In this document: one piece after another, positions 41,218 to 49,542 of the stretch
Numbering within the stretch: position 1 is the stretch's first letter
How the letters are laid out: each line of letters opens with the position of its first letter
NCBI GenBank assembly: GCA_963761335.1
Contig: CAVXGR010000011.1
Location: forward strand, 192,001 to 256,000
Direction: 5' to 3'
From: an uncultured delta proteobacterium
GTDB lineage: Bacteria; Desulfobacterota; Binatia; HRBIN30; BPIQ01
DNA: 64,000 bases
The notes under the pieces: model-generated
The model's database searches: none
The model's input: the letters and a program-made list of their open reading frames with translations, nothing else
Told to the model about the DNA's origin: nothing
Translations under genes and position numbers: made by a program

Positions 41218-43887
41218 ATGGCCGCCCGCACTCTGTACCTCGTCGACGCCAGCTCCTACGTCTACCGCGCCTTCTTCGCCCTGCCGCCACTCACGGGCCC
41301 CTCGGGCATCCCGACCAACGCGGTGTACGGCTTCACCACCATGATGCTCAAGCTCCTGAAGGACGCGCACCCGGCGCTGCTGGCGCTGGTCTTCGACGCC
41401 CCGGGCGAGACCTTTCGCGACCGCATGTACGCGGACTACAAGGGCAACCGGCCGGAGATGCCGTCGGATCTGGCGGCTCAGTGGCCGCTGGTGCAGCAGG
41501 TCGCCACGGCCTTCCGGGCGCACCTTCTCGAGATTCCCGGCGTCGAGGCCGACGACGTCATCGGCAGCCTGGCGCGCGCCGCCGCCACGGCGCGCCTCGA
41601 CTGCGTCATCGTCACCAGCGACAAGGACCTGATGCAGCTCGTCGGGCCGCACGTGCGCCTGTGGGACACCATGCGCGACAGGTGGACCGACGAGGCCGTG
41701 GTGCGGCAGCGCTTCGGTGTGGCACCGCACCAGCTGGTGGAGATCGCCGGCCTGGTCGGTGACTCGATCGACAACGTACCGGGGGTCCGCGGCATCGGCG
41801 AGAAGACGGCGTGCGCCCTCATCCAGCACTTCGGCTCGATCGAGGCGACTCTGGAGCGCCTCGAGGAGATCCCCAGCCTGTCACTGCGCGGCGCCAAGAA
41901 GGTCGCGCAGCTGCTGCGCGACGGCGCCGCCGTGGCGCGGCTCAGCCGCGATCTCACCGCCATCCGCGACGACTTGGACTGCGGCGTCGATCCGACCGAG
42001 CTGCACTACCCCGGACCCGATGCGGCGGCCATGCGCGAGCTGGCGCAGCGCTTCGGCTTCCAGTCGCTGCTCAAGGATCTGCCGGCGCCGCCGCCGCCAC
42101 CGTCGCCCGAGGCGGAAAGGCTGGAGACGCCGGCGGAGGTCGAGGAGATGGCCCGGCGGCTGGCCGGCGGCCGCGACGGGGACGGCCGCGACATGGGCGA
42201 CCGCGACATGGGCGACCGCGATATGGGCGACCGATGGATCGCCCTGGCCTGCATCGGCGCCGGCACAGCGGAGGCGGCGTCTTGCCCGGGAGTCGTCTTC
42301 GCCGGGCCGGGAGTCGAGCCCACCGTGGTGCCTGCCCGCCCCGAGATGCTGGCTCCCTTGCGGGCGGTCACCGCCGACCCGAGCGTGCAGAAGCTCGGCC
42401 ACGATTTGAAGTCGGAGATCGCCACCCTGCGGCGGCTCGGCATCTCTCTGGTCGGGCCCTTCTTCGATCTGATGGTGGCCTCCTACGTGCTCAACGCCTC
42501 CCCCACCCACCGCCTCGAGGACGTGTGCCGGGAGGTTCTCGGCGAATCGATCGAGATCTTCCGCGGCGCCGAGGGCGGCGCCGCCCAGGTCGCTGCCGGT
42601 GTGCGCCGCATGCCGCAGGTGCGCGATGCCGTGCGGCAACGCATTCGCGAGGCCGGCATGGAGCGCCTCTTCTTCGAGGTCGAGATGCCGCTGGTCGAGG
42701 TGCTGGCGGCGATGGAGCGGCGCGGCGTCCGCCTCGACACCGGCGGCCTGCGCTCCATGGGGGATGAGTGGCGCCGCAAGCTGGAGTCGATCTGCGAGGA
42801 CATCTACGGCATGGCCGGCGGGGAGTTCAACATCAACTCGCCGCCGCAGCTGCGCGAGGTCCTCTTCGAGCGCCTGCGGCTCCCGAGCCGCGGCGTCCGC
42901 CGCGGCAAGACCGGCGGCCTGTCCACCGACGTCGACGTGCTCAATCGCCTCGCCGCGGAGCACCCGCTGCCGGCGAAGGTCCTCGAGTACCGCGGGCTGG
43001 CGAAGCTTCTGTCGACCTACGTCGACGCCCTGCTGGCGGCGGTCGATCCCGCCGACGGCCGCTTGCACACCGATTTCCGGCAGACGGTCGCCGCCACCGG
43101 CCGCCTCAGCTCCAGCAATCCCAACCTGCAGAACATCCCCATCCGCGGCGAAGAGGGGCGCCGCATCCGCTCCGCCTTCGTCCCCGAGCCGGGAGCCCTG
43201 TTCATCGCCGCCGATTACTCCCAGATCGAGCTGCGGGTGATGGCGCACCTCTCGGAGGACCCGGGGCTGCGCGCCTCCTTCCTCGCCGGCGAGGACATCC
43301 ACGCCCGCACCGCCGCGGAGATCTTCGGAGCGCTGCCGGGGACGGTCACCGCCGATATGCGGCGGGTGGCCAAGGTGATCAATTTCGGCATCATGTACGG
43401 CATGGGCCCCCAACGCCTGGCCGCCGAGCTCGGCATCGCCCTGAACGCGGCGCAGCGCTACATCGAGCAGTACTTCGAGCGCTACCAGGGGGTGCGCGCC
43501 TTCATCGAGCGCACTATTGCCGAAGGGCGGGAGACAGGCTACGTCAGCACGATGTTTGGCCGACGCCGGCCGGTTCCGGAGCTGCGCAGCCGCGACCGGG
43601 CGACGGCGCAAGCCGCCGAGCGGGCCGCCATAAACATGCCGATCCAGGGGACAGCTGCCGACCTGATCAAGATCGCCATGGTGCGCGTCGCCCAGCGCCT
43701 ACCCCGAGAAGGGCTTCGCGGCGAGATGATCCTTCAGGTGCACGACGAGCTGGTCCTCGAGACCCCCGAGGATGAGGCTGATAAAGCGACCCTGGTGGTG
43801 CGCGAGGAGATGGAGAACGCCGCCGCTCTCAGCGTTCCACTGGCGGTCGAGGTGGGCAGCGGAAAAAGCTGGGCGGAGGCCCATTGA
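41218..43887 (+). CDS. polA: DNA polymerase I
   Basis: 5'-3' exonuclease (LVDASS..YRAFF, EADD, DKDL, DNVPGV.GIGEKTA); polymerase TGRLSSSNPNLQNIP, ADYSQIELR, AKVINFGIMYG, QGTAAD, LQVHDEL. Confidence 0.98.
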   Translation: MAARTLYLVDASSYVYRAFFALPPLTGPSGIPTNAVYGFTTMMLKLLKDAHPALLALVFDAPGETFRDRMYADYKGNRPEMPSDLAAQWPLVQQVATAFRAHLLEIPGVEADDVIGSLARAAATARLDCVIVTSDKDLMQLVGPHVRLWDTMRDRWTDEAVVRQRFGVAPHQLVEIAGLVGDSIDNVPGVRGIGEKTACALIQHFGSIEATLERLEEIPSLSLRGAKKVAQLLRDGAAVARLSRDLTAIRDDLDCGVDPTELHYPGPDAAAMRELAQRFGFQSLLKDLPAPPPPPSPEAERLETPAEVEEMARRLAGGRDGDGRDMGDRDMGDRDMGDRWIALACIGAGTAEAASCPGVVFAGPGVEPTVVPARPEMLAPLRAVTADPSVQKLGHDLKSEIATLRRLGISLVGPFFDLMVASYVLNASPTHRLEDVCREVLGESIEIFRGAEGGAAQVAAGVRRMPQVRDAVRQRIREAGMERLFFEVEMPLVEVLAAMERRGVRLDTGGLRSMGDEWRRKLESICEDIYGMAGGEFNINSPPQLREVLFERLRLPSRGVRRGKTGGLSTDVDVLNRLAAEHPLPAKVLEYRGLAKLLSTYVDALLAAVDPADGRLHTDFRQTVAATGRLSSSNPNLQNIPIRGEEGRRIRSAFVPEPGALFIAADYSQIELRVMAHLSEDPGLRASFLAGEDIHARTAAEIFGALPGTVTADMRRVAKVINFGIMYGMGPQRLAAELGIALNAAQRYIEQYFERYQGVRAFIERTIAEGRETGYVSTMFGRRRPVPELRSRDRATAQAAERAAINMPIQGTAADLIKIAMVRVAQRLPREGLRGEMILQVHDELVLETPEDEADKATLVVREEMENAAALSVPLAVEVGSGKSWAEAH
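42186..42233 (+). repeat. In-frame 15-bp tandem repeat inside polA (RDMGD x3)
   Basis: CCGCGACATGGGCGA x2 + CCGCGATATGGGCGA. Confidence 0.9.
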
Positions 43888-43950
43888 AGACGGCTCGGAC
43901 GGTGAATAAGCCGCGCCGGGAGGCGTCTTACTGGGCGTGGGTAAGTCTTC

Positions 43951-44523
43951 GTGGAGCGCAGTGACCGCGAGCTCGCGAGAGCGAGCCGGCACGGAAATCG
44001 CCAGGCCTTCCAGGATCTGGTCGAGCGCTACCAGCGGAAGCTGGTCTCGGTCGCCCTCGGCATGGTCCACAACCGGGACGATGCCGTCGAGATCGTGCAA
44101 GAGACCTTCGTCAAGGCCTACGAGAACCTCGCCCAGTTCAAGGGAGAGTCGAGCTTCTACGCCTGGCTCTACCGCATCGTCGTCAACCTCGCCATCGACT
44201 ACCAGCGCCGCGAGCACCGGCGCCCGACAGTCGCCATCGAGGAGCGGCCCGGTGGCGGCGGCGAGGACATCGATGACCCGCTTGTCGATCGCAGCGCCGC
44301 CGACCCGTATCAGCGGACGCGCTCGAAACAGATCGGAGAACGCGTGATGCAAGCCATCAACGAGTTGACCCCTGACCACAAAGCCGTCATACTTTTGCGC
44401 GAAGTTGAAGGCCTGTCGTATGAGGAAATCAGCCGGGTGATGCAGTGCTCCAAGGGCACCGTCATGAGCCGTCTCCACTACGCCCGGAAGAAGCTGCAGA
44501 GCAAGCTTCGCGACTGTCTGTGA
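43951..44523 (+). CDS. ECF sigma factor (RpoE-like)
   Basis: AFQDLVERY, QETFVKAY...F..WLYRIVVN, LREVEGLSYEEI...GTVMSRLHYAR. Confidence 0.95.
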   Translation: MERSDRELARASRHGNRQAFQDLVERYQRKLVSVALGMVHNRDDAVEIVQETFVKAYENLAQFKGESSFYAWLYRIVVNLAIDYQRREHRRPTVAIEERPGGGGEDIDDPLVDRSAADPYQRTRSKQIGERVMQAINELTPDHKAVILLREVEGLSYEEISRVMQCSKGTVMSRLHYARKKLQSKLRDCL

Positions 44524-44536
44524 GATCCGGAGACGA

Positions 44537-45118
44537 GTGAAACACGAGTGGGCCATGATGATCACCTGCCGAGAAGTCCAGAGCCTGCTGCCTCTCTTCT
44601 TCGACAGTGAGCTCGACTCGCGCCAGATGCGGGTAGTGGCCCTGCACACGGCCAAGTGCCCGAGCTGCGAGCCGGAGCTGCGCCAGCTCGAGAATCTCCA
44701 GGAGGTCGTCTCGCGCACGCTCAGCGAACGCGTCGAGGAAATCGATCTCAGCAACATCTGGACCAACGTCGAGCAGCGCCTGGGCCGCACCCACCTGACC
44801 TGGACGGAGCGGGCCCGGCTGTGGTGGAGCGAAGAGCAGCCGCTGCACTGGTTGATGAGCGGCCCCGCCATCGGCGCCGCGATCGCCGGCTTCGCCTTGG
44901 CGCTGCTGCTCCTCGCCAACTGGCAACCGCACACGGTGGCGAAGAGTACCCTGGCGCAGAACAACGGCGACAGCGCCGTCAGCATCGAGACTATCGACGC
45001 GCCCAGCAACGTGGCGCTGCTCAGCGAGAACGACACCCTGGTCCTGTGGGTCGACGACGCAATCACCGATCAGCAGATGAGTCCGGATCAGCAGTTGAGT
45101 CCGGAGGATCTCCAGTGA
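44537..45118 (+). CDS. Zinc-finger (HxxxCxxC) anti-sigma factor with TM helix
   Basis: CREV...HTAKCPSC motif and one TM helix; directly follows the ECF sigma gene. Confidence 0.88.
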   Translation: MKHEWAMMITCREVQSLLPLFFDSELDSRQMRVVALHTAKCPSCEPELRQLENLQEVVSRTLSERVEEIDLSNIWTNVEQRLGRTHLTWTERARLWWSEEQPLHWLMSGPAIGAAIAGFALALLLLANWQPHTVAKSTLAQNNGDSAVSIETIDAPSNVALLSENDTLVLWVDDAITDQQMSPDQQLSPEDLQ

Positions 45119-45594
45119 CGGCACGCCTCCTCGCCGGCTGTGCCGCACTGGTGGCCGCCGCCGCCGTCTCGGCGCCGCCGGCGGCCCCTGCCGCGGAAAG
45201 TGTCGGCCTGAGCGTCCGCTGCGTGCTGGCGAGCAATACCGGACAGGATTTCGACCCGCGCCTGGGCACCACCATGCACGCCCGTTTCAATCGCATGTTC
45301 CGCTACACCTCCTACAGCCTGCTGAAGGAGAAGCAGGAGCAGGTCAGCCTCGGCTCGAAGCTGGGCTTCGATGTCCCCGGCGGCCGCTATCTGATGGTCA
45401 TCCCCAAGGAGTTCAAGAAGGACGGCAGCATCATCGTGCGCGTCGTGCTTCTCGACGGCGCCCGCCCCATCGTCAATACAGCGATCTCGCTGCACAACCA
45501 CGGCATCTTCCTGGTCGCCGGGCCACAGCACAGCGAGGGCACCCTGATTCTCTCCATCGGCGCCAATCTGCCCGATCCGCCGGCCACGGAGTGA
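45115..45594 (+). CDS. Hypothetical exported protein of the ECF operon
   Basis: GTGA overlap; Ala-rich signal peptide; beta-rich domain FRYTSYSLL...FLVAGP..EGTLILSI. Confidence 0.7.
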   Translation: MTARLLAGCAALVAAAAVSAPPAAPAAESVGLSVRCVLASNTGQDFDPRLGTTMHARFNRMFRYTSYSLLKEKQEQVSLGSKLGFDVPGGRYLMVIPKEFKKDGSIIVRVVLLDGARPIVNTAISLHNHGIFLVAGPQHSEGTLILSIGANLPDPPATE

Positions 45595-45596
45595 AC

Positions 45597-45857
45597 ATGG
45601 GCACCGCTCTCGGATACCTGAACAGCTTGCTGCAGACCTGGAGCCAGGTGCAGCGCCTCGTCGGCTTCTGGGGCCCCGTGGTCCGCGTTCCGTCGTTTCT
45701 CGAGCCGCTCGCCACCGTCGCCGCCCTCCTCAGCCTGCTGGCCACCACCGGCCTGGCGGTGAGCTCAATGGCAATGTTGCTCACCAGCCTCCTGCTCCTC
45801 TACTTCCTGCTCACCGAGGTCTTCGGGCTGCAGCTGGAAGTCGCCCTGCCCCGGTAG
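45597..45857 (+). CDS. Small hydrophobic membrane protein
   Basis: 86 aa with a long hydrophobic stretch ending LYFLLTEVFGL; co-oriented with the operon. Confidence 0.65.
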   Translation: MGTALGYLNSLLQTWSQVQRLVGFWGPVVRVPSFLEPLATVAALLSLLATTGLAVSSMAMLLTSLLLLYFLLTEVFGLQLEVALPR

Positions 45858-45859
45858 AG

Positions 45860-45948
45860 TCAGTTTCTCAGTTTCTCGGTTCCTCGGTGTCGCCGTCGCT
45901 CCCACTGAGCCACTGAAATACTGAGATACTGAGATACGAGTACCGAGT
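45860..45948. repeat. 8-bp-period inverted repeat array (TCAGTTTC / ACTGAGAT units)
   Basis: TCAGTTTCTCAGTTTCTCGGTTCCTCGG followed by ACTGAGCCACTGAAATACTGAGATACTGAGATAC; units are approximate reverse complements. Confidence 0.65.
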
Positions 45949-45969
45949 CACTTCGCCGCACGGGCGACA

Positions 45970-46013
45970 TTGACTCGGCGCGCGCCGGGACTATAATCGC
46001 TCAAGCGAATATA
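45970..46013 (+). promoter_or_regulatory. Sigma-70 promoter with overlapping ArsR-type operator
   Basis: TTGACT-N16-TATAAT; inverted repeat TATAATCGCT-CA-AGCGAATATA (9 of 10 bp paired) overlapping the -10 box just before arsR. Confidence 0.75.
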
Positions 46014-46015
46014 GC

Positions 46016-46468
46016 ATGCGGGCAGACAAGAATGGGAAGGGTGCTGGGCCGAGCGGCCCGCGAAGGCGCCGCTCGAAGGTCGGCGCGGGTGTCGACTCGA
46101 TGTTCCGGGCGTTTGCCGACCACACGCGCCTGCGCATCCTGCGGCTCTTGCAGGATGGGCCACTGTGCGTCGGCGATCTGGTCGACATCCTGGGCGCGCC
46201 GCAGCCGACCGTGTCGCGCCACCTCGCGTATTTGCGACGCGAGGGGCTCGTCGGCACGCGACAGCACGGCCTGTGGATGTTCTACGAGCTGGCGCGCACA
46301 CGAAGTGCGTTGCACGGCAAGCTACTGGAGTGCCTCGCCGTATGCGACGGCTCGTTGCCGGCACTCAAGGCCGACGTCGTGCGGGCGCGGAGTCTTCGCC
46401 GCTCCGGCGGCTGCTGCCCGGAAGGTCGTCGCCTGATGGAGCAGTTTCACGGCAGGAGGGATCGATGA
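46016..46468 (+). CDS. arsR: ArsR/SmtB family repressor
   Basis: [13 protein letters not shown]...LCVGDL...[13 protein letters not shown]-terminal GGCC; upstream of acr3. Confidence 0.93.
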   Translation: MRADKNGKGAGPSGPRRRRSKVGAGVDSMFRAFADHTRLRILRLLQDGPLCVGDLVDILGAPQPTVSRHLAYLRREGLVGTRQHGLWMFYELARTRSALHGKLLECLAVCDGSLPALKADVVRARSLRRSGGCCPEGRRLMEQFHGRRDR

Positions 46469-47595
46469 GCAGGCACATTGTCGCGGCGGCCGGCGTGCTG
46501 CCGGCAGCGGAAGCTCACCCAAAGAAGCTGGGCTTTCTCGACCGCTTCCTGACGCTGTGGATCTTCCTCGCCATGGCGGTAGGCGTCGGCAGTGGATACC
46601 TGCTCCCCGGCATGGAGCCCTTCCTCAACCATTTCAGCGTCGGCACCACGTCGATCCCGATCGCCATCGGCCTGATCCTCATGATGTACCCGCCGCTGGC
46701 CAAGGTCCGCTACGAAGAGCTGGGCAGCGTCTTCCGCAACTGGCGGATCCTGGGTCTGTCACTGGTGCAGAACTGGATCGTGGGTCCAATACTCATGTTC
46801 GCCCTGGCGCTGATCTTTCTTCCGGACAAGCCGGAGTACATGGTCGGGCTCATCATGATCGGCCTGGCGCGCTGCATCGCCATGGTCCTGGTCTGGAACG
46901 ACCTGGCGAGCGGCGACCCCGAGTACTGCGCCGGCCTGGTCGCCTTCAACTCGGTGTTCCAGATCCTCTTCTACTCCGTCTACGCCTACGTCTTCATCAC
47001 CATCCTGCCGGCCTGGTTCGGCCTCCACGGCGTCGCGGTCAGCGTCACCATCGGCGAGATCGCCAAGAGCGTCTTCATCTATCTCGGCGTCCCGTTCATC
47101 GCCGGTCTCCTCACCCGCTTCTCTCTCATCCGGCTGAAGAGCAAGGAGTGGTATCACACGGAGTTCATTCCGAAGATCAGCCCGATAACGCTCATCGCGC
47201 TGCTCTTCACCATCGTGGTGATGTTCTCGCTCAAGGGCGAAGCGATCGTGCAGCTCCCCATGGACGTGGTGCGCATCGCCGTGCCGCTGCTCGTCTACTT
47301 CGTGGTGATGTTTCTGCTCGCCTTCTTCATGAGCAAGGCGGTGGGCGCCACCTACCCGCAATCGGCGACGCTATCGTTCACCGCCGCCTCCAACAACTTC
47401 GAATTGGCGATCGCCGTCGCCGTGGCGACCTTTGGCATCCAGTCCGGCGCGGCGTTCGCCGCGGTGATCGGGCCGCTCGTCGAGGTGCCGGTGATGATCG
47501 GCCTGGTCAGCGTGGCGCTGTGGTTCCGGCGACACTACTTCCGCGACCAGCCGCCTGGGGCGGTCGTGCCCATGACAGCAGCCGGCAACGGCTGA
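46465..47595 (+). CDS. acr3: ACR3-family arsenite efflux transporter
   Basis: [45 protein letters not shown]. Confidence 0.97.
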   Translation: MSRHIVAAAGVLPAAEAHPKKLGFLDRFLTLWIFLAMAVGVGSGYLLPGMEPFLNHFSVGTTSIPIAIGLILMMYPPLAKVRYEELGSVFRNWRILGLSLVQNWIVGPILMFALALIFLPDKPEYMVGLIMIGLARCIAMVLVWNDLASGDPEYCAGLVAFNSVFQILFYSVYAYVFITILPAWFGLHGVAVSVTIGEIAKSVFIYLGVPFIAGLLTRFSLIRLKSKEWYHTEFIPKISPITLIALLFTIVVMFSLKGEAIVQLPMDVVRIAVPLLVYFVVMFLLAFFMSKAVGATYPQSATLSFTAASNNFELAIAVAVATFGIQSGAAFAAVIGPLVEVPVMIGLVSVALWFRRHYFRDQPPGAVVPMTAAGNG

Positions 47596-47616
47596 GGAAG
47601 GCTACGAGGTCCCCCG

Positions 47617-48168
47617 ATGAGCTTCACTCGAATGGCAGCCATCCTCGTTTGCGGGCTGGGTCTCGCGGCGGCGGTCTGGGATCTGTACCCGCCGCCCGCC
47701 ACAGCCGCGGACGGAACTTCCGCGGCGCTCCCCTCGGAAGCGCACAGCAGCATGAGCTCCGGAGCGGACGCGCGCACACCACTGCCTCTGATGGCCATGA
47801 TGGCCGAGCATCAGAAGCGCAACATGCGCGATCATCTCGCCGCGGTTCAGCAGATCGTCGCCGGCCTCGCCGCGGACGACATGACCGAGGTGGCGACAGC
47901 CGCCCGCCGTATCGGCTACTCGGACGCCATGGCGCAAATGTGCCAGCACATGGGTGCCGGCGCCGCGGGCTTCACCGAGATGGCGCTGGCGTTCCATCGG
48001 ACGGCGGACACGATCGCCGAGGCGGCGCAACGCGGCGACCGCGAGGCCGCCACCACCGCGCTCGCCGCGACGCTGCGCACCTGCGTCGGCTGCCATGCGA
48101 CCTACCGGCAGCAGGTCGTCGACGAGGCCACCTGGCAGCAGCTCACCACCCCGCCGGCACCGCACTGA
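47617..48168 (+). CDS. Exported c-type cytochrome (C-terminal CxxCH, helical class II-like)
   Basis: Signal peptide; single CVGCH near the C-terminus followed by YRQ; helical, Met-rich. Confidence 0.8.
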   Translation: MSFTRMAAILVCGLGLAAAVWDLYPPPATAADGTSAALPSEAHSSMSSGADARTPLPLMAMMAEHQKRNMRDHLAAVQQIVAGLAADDMTEVATAARRIGYSDAMAQMCQHMGAGAAGFTEMALAFHRTADTIAEAAQRGDREAATTALAATLRTCVGCHATYRQQVVDEATWQQLTTPPAPH

Positions 48169-48210
48169 GGCGAGGTGCCCTGGGCGGGGTGGTCAGCCCA
48201 GCATCGCCGA

Positions 48211-49041
48211 TTACGGACCGGTCCTGACGGCGCGCACCGGGAGGTCGTTGGCCTTGTTGCCGCTGACCGAGGTGCCGTCGAAGAAGTACACTCCCCAGGC
48301 ACTCGCCGGGAAGCTTGCGGACGTCGCCGACGACCAATACAGGCTTGGCCGCGTTGGACCAAAGATCGCCGGGATGCAGGGGCTGTCGTTGCCACAGCCA
48401 GCCGCCGTCAGATCGACGATCGCCAGCAGCTCCTGCTGCGTCGGCAGACGCCAATCGCAGTGCCCCGCAAACCCGCCCGCAAACGTGCTGCCGTTGTACG
48501 TGCAGTCGTTGAGCGCGCCGAGGAAGTCGGTGAACACCGTGCCGTTCGGCGTGGAGCCGGGGTACGCGGTGTTCCAGGTATACGTATTGTCGGCATCGTT
48601 CGCATCGCCGGCGTTCGGAACGTTGTCGAGATTGTCCTTCATCTCCCACATGAGGCCCGTCTGGGTGTCGGTCACGGTGCCGTCGCCGTTGTCGATGAAG
48701 CGCACACCGGACAACGCCTTCGGGATACCGCTGCTCGGGTTGAAGATGCCGTCGATGCGCGCCCCGACGTCCGCCGCGTCACCCGATGTCGGACACGCCC
48801 CCTTGGCCTCGCGCTTCGAGAACACATCCGCCATTTTCGTCGCGCACTTGGCGTAGTCGAACGGTTTGCCCGCTATCTCTTTGCCGCGCTGGACGGCCGT
48901 GCACAGGGCTCGCTTCGCCGCCGCCTGGTCCTTCAGCTTCTCGCACTTCTGCGCCGCCGTCAGCCCGGCCCCGGCCGGCACCGCCAGCCCCAGCACGAAA
49001 GCCCCGATCGACGCACAGGCCCAAATATCACTCCTCGTCAT
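48211..49041 (-). CDS. Secreted DUF1566 / Lcl C-terminal domain protein
   Basis: RBS GGAGG; signal peptide; RFIDNGDGTVTDTQTGLMWE, DWRLPTQQEL, YWSS, AWGVYF, VRAVR. Confidence 0.9.
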   Translation of the reverse strand: MTRSDIWACASIGAFVLGLAVPAGAGLTAAQKCEKLKDQAAAKRALCTAVQRGKEIAGKPFDYAKCATKMADVFSKREAKGACPTSGDAADVGARIDGIFNPSSGIPKALSGVRFIDNGDGTVTDTQTGLMWEMKDNLDNVPNAGDANDADNTYTWNTAYPGSTPNGTVFTDFLGALNDCTYNGSTFAGGFAGHCDWRLPTQQELLAIVDLTAAGCGNDSPCIPAIFGPTRPSLYWSSATSASFPASAWGVYFFDGTSVSGNKANDLPVRAVRTGP

Positions 49042-49130
49042 CTCGATACCTCCTTCTGCGTAGACTCCCTTGGTCTCGTGGTTCTGGGATTGACCCAAAC
49101 CGCGAAGAGCCTCGCGAATCCGGAGCACCG

Positions 49131-49146
49131 AGCAACTTGGATGCCA
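49131..49146 (-). promoter_or_regulatory. Candidate sigma-54 promoter
   Basis: Minus strand TGGCATCCAAGTTGCT, close to TGGCAC-N5-TTGCW, about 90 bp upstream of the DUF1566 gene. Confidence 0.65.
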
Positions 49147-49310
49147 GCTCGCCTTCACGGGCGAACAGGGATGAACCTACGTGAGTGGGATGGGCAGCCG
49201 GCGCATCCCGTGCCGGAGTGCCAAAACGCGCCCGCTGTCGGCAAATTCTCTCAAGCGGCATGCCGCGGGCCTTCACGATCCGGACCCACCGGGGGATGAC
49301 GAGGTTGTCC

Positions 49311-49423
49311 CGCCCCGAAGGGGCGGTGGCGTGTAGCCCCGGGTGAAACCCGGGGAAAAGTGCACGGTCCGTCATAGGCGCCCCACCAGGGGCGCGGGCA
49401 GAATTTCGTCGATGTCGCGCCTG
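49311..49423 (+). repeat. REP-like element, left copy (inverted partner at 51504-51616)
   Basis: CGCCCCGAAGGGGCGGTGGCGTGTAGCCCCGGGTGAAACCCGGGGAA...CGCCCC..CAGGGGCGCGGGCA...TTTCGTCGATGTC aligns by eye with the reverse complement of 51504-51616. Confidence 0.85.
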
Positions 49424-49459
49424 GGCGATATGCCGCCCGCCCAGCGCCGGGGCTCCGTC

Positions 49460-49489
49460 AGACCTTCACCCAACAGATTTTCGAAGCAG
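49460..49489. repeat. 30-bp inverted repeat (partner 51238-51267; partial third copy 50962-50979)
   Basis: AGACCTTCACCCAACAGATTTTCGAAGCAG vs CTGCTTCGAAAATCTATTGGGTGAAGGTCT: 29 of 30 complementary. Confidence 0.9.
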
Positions 49490-49542
49490 AGTAGAAGCGC
49501 CGTCTCGGCGCTTCCCCAAAGCGGCGAGACGCCGCTTCTACT
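49490..49542. repeat. GTAG-type REP-like double palindrome (copy 2), overlapping the sat stop codon
   Basis: GTAGAAGCGCCGTCTCGGCGCTTCCCCAAAGCGGCGAGACGCCGCTTCTAC. Confidence 0.8.
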
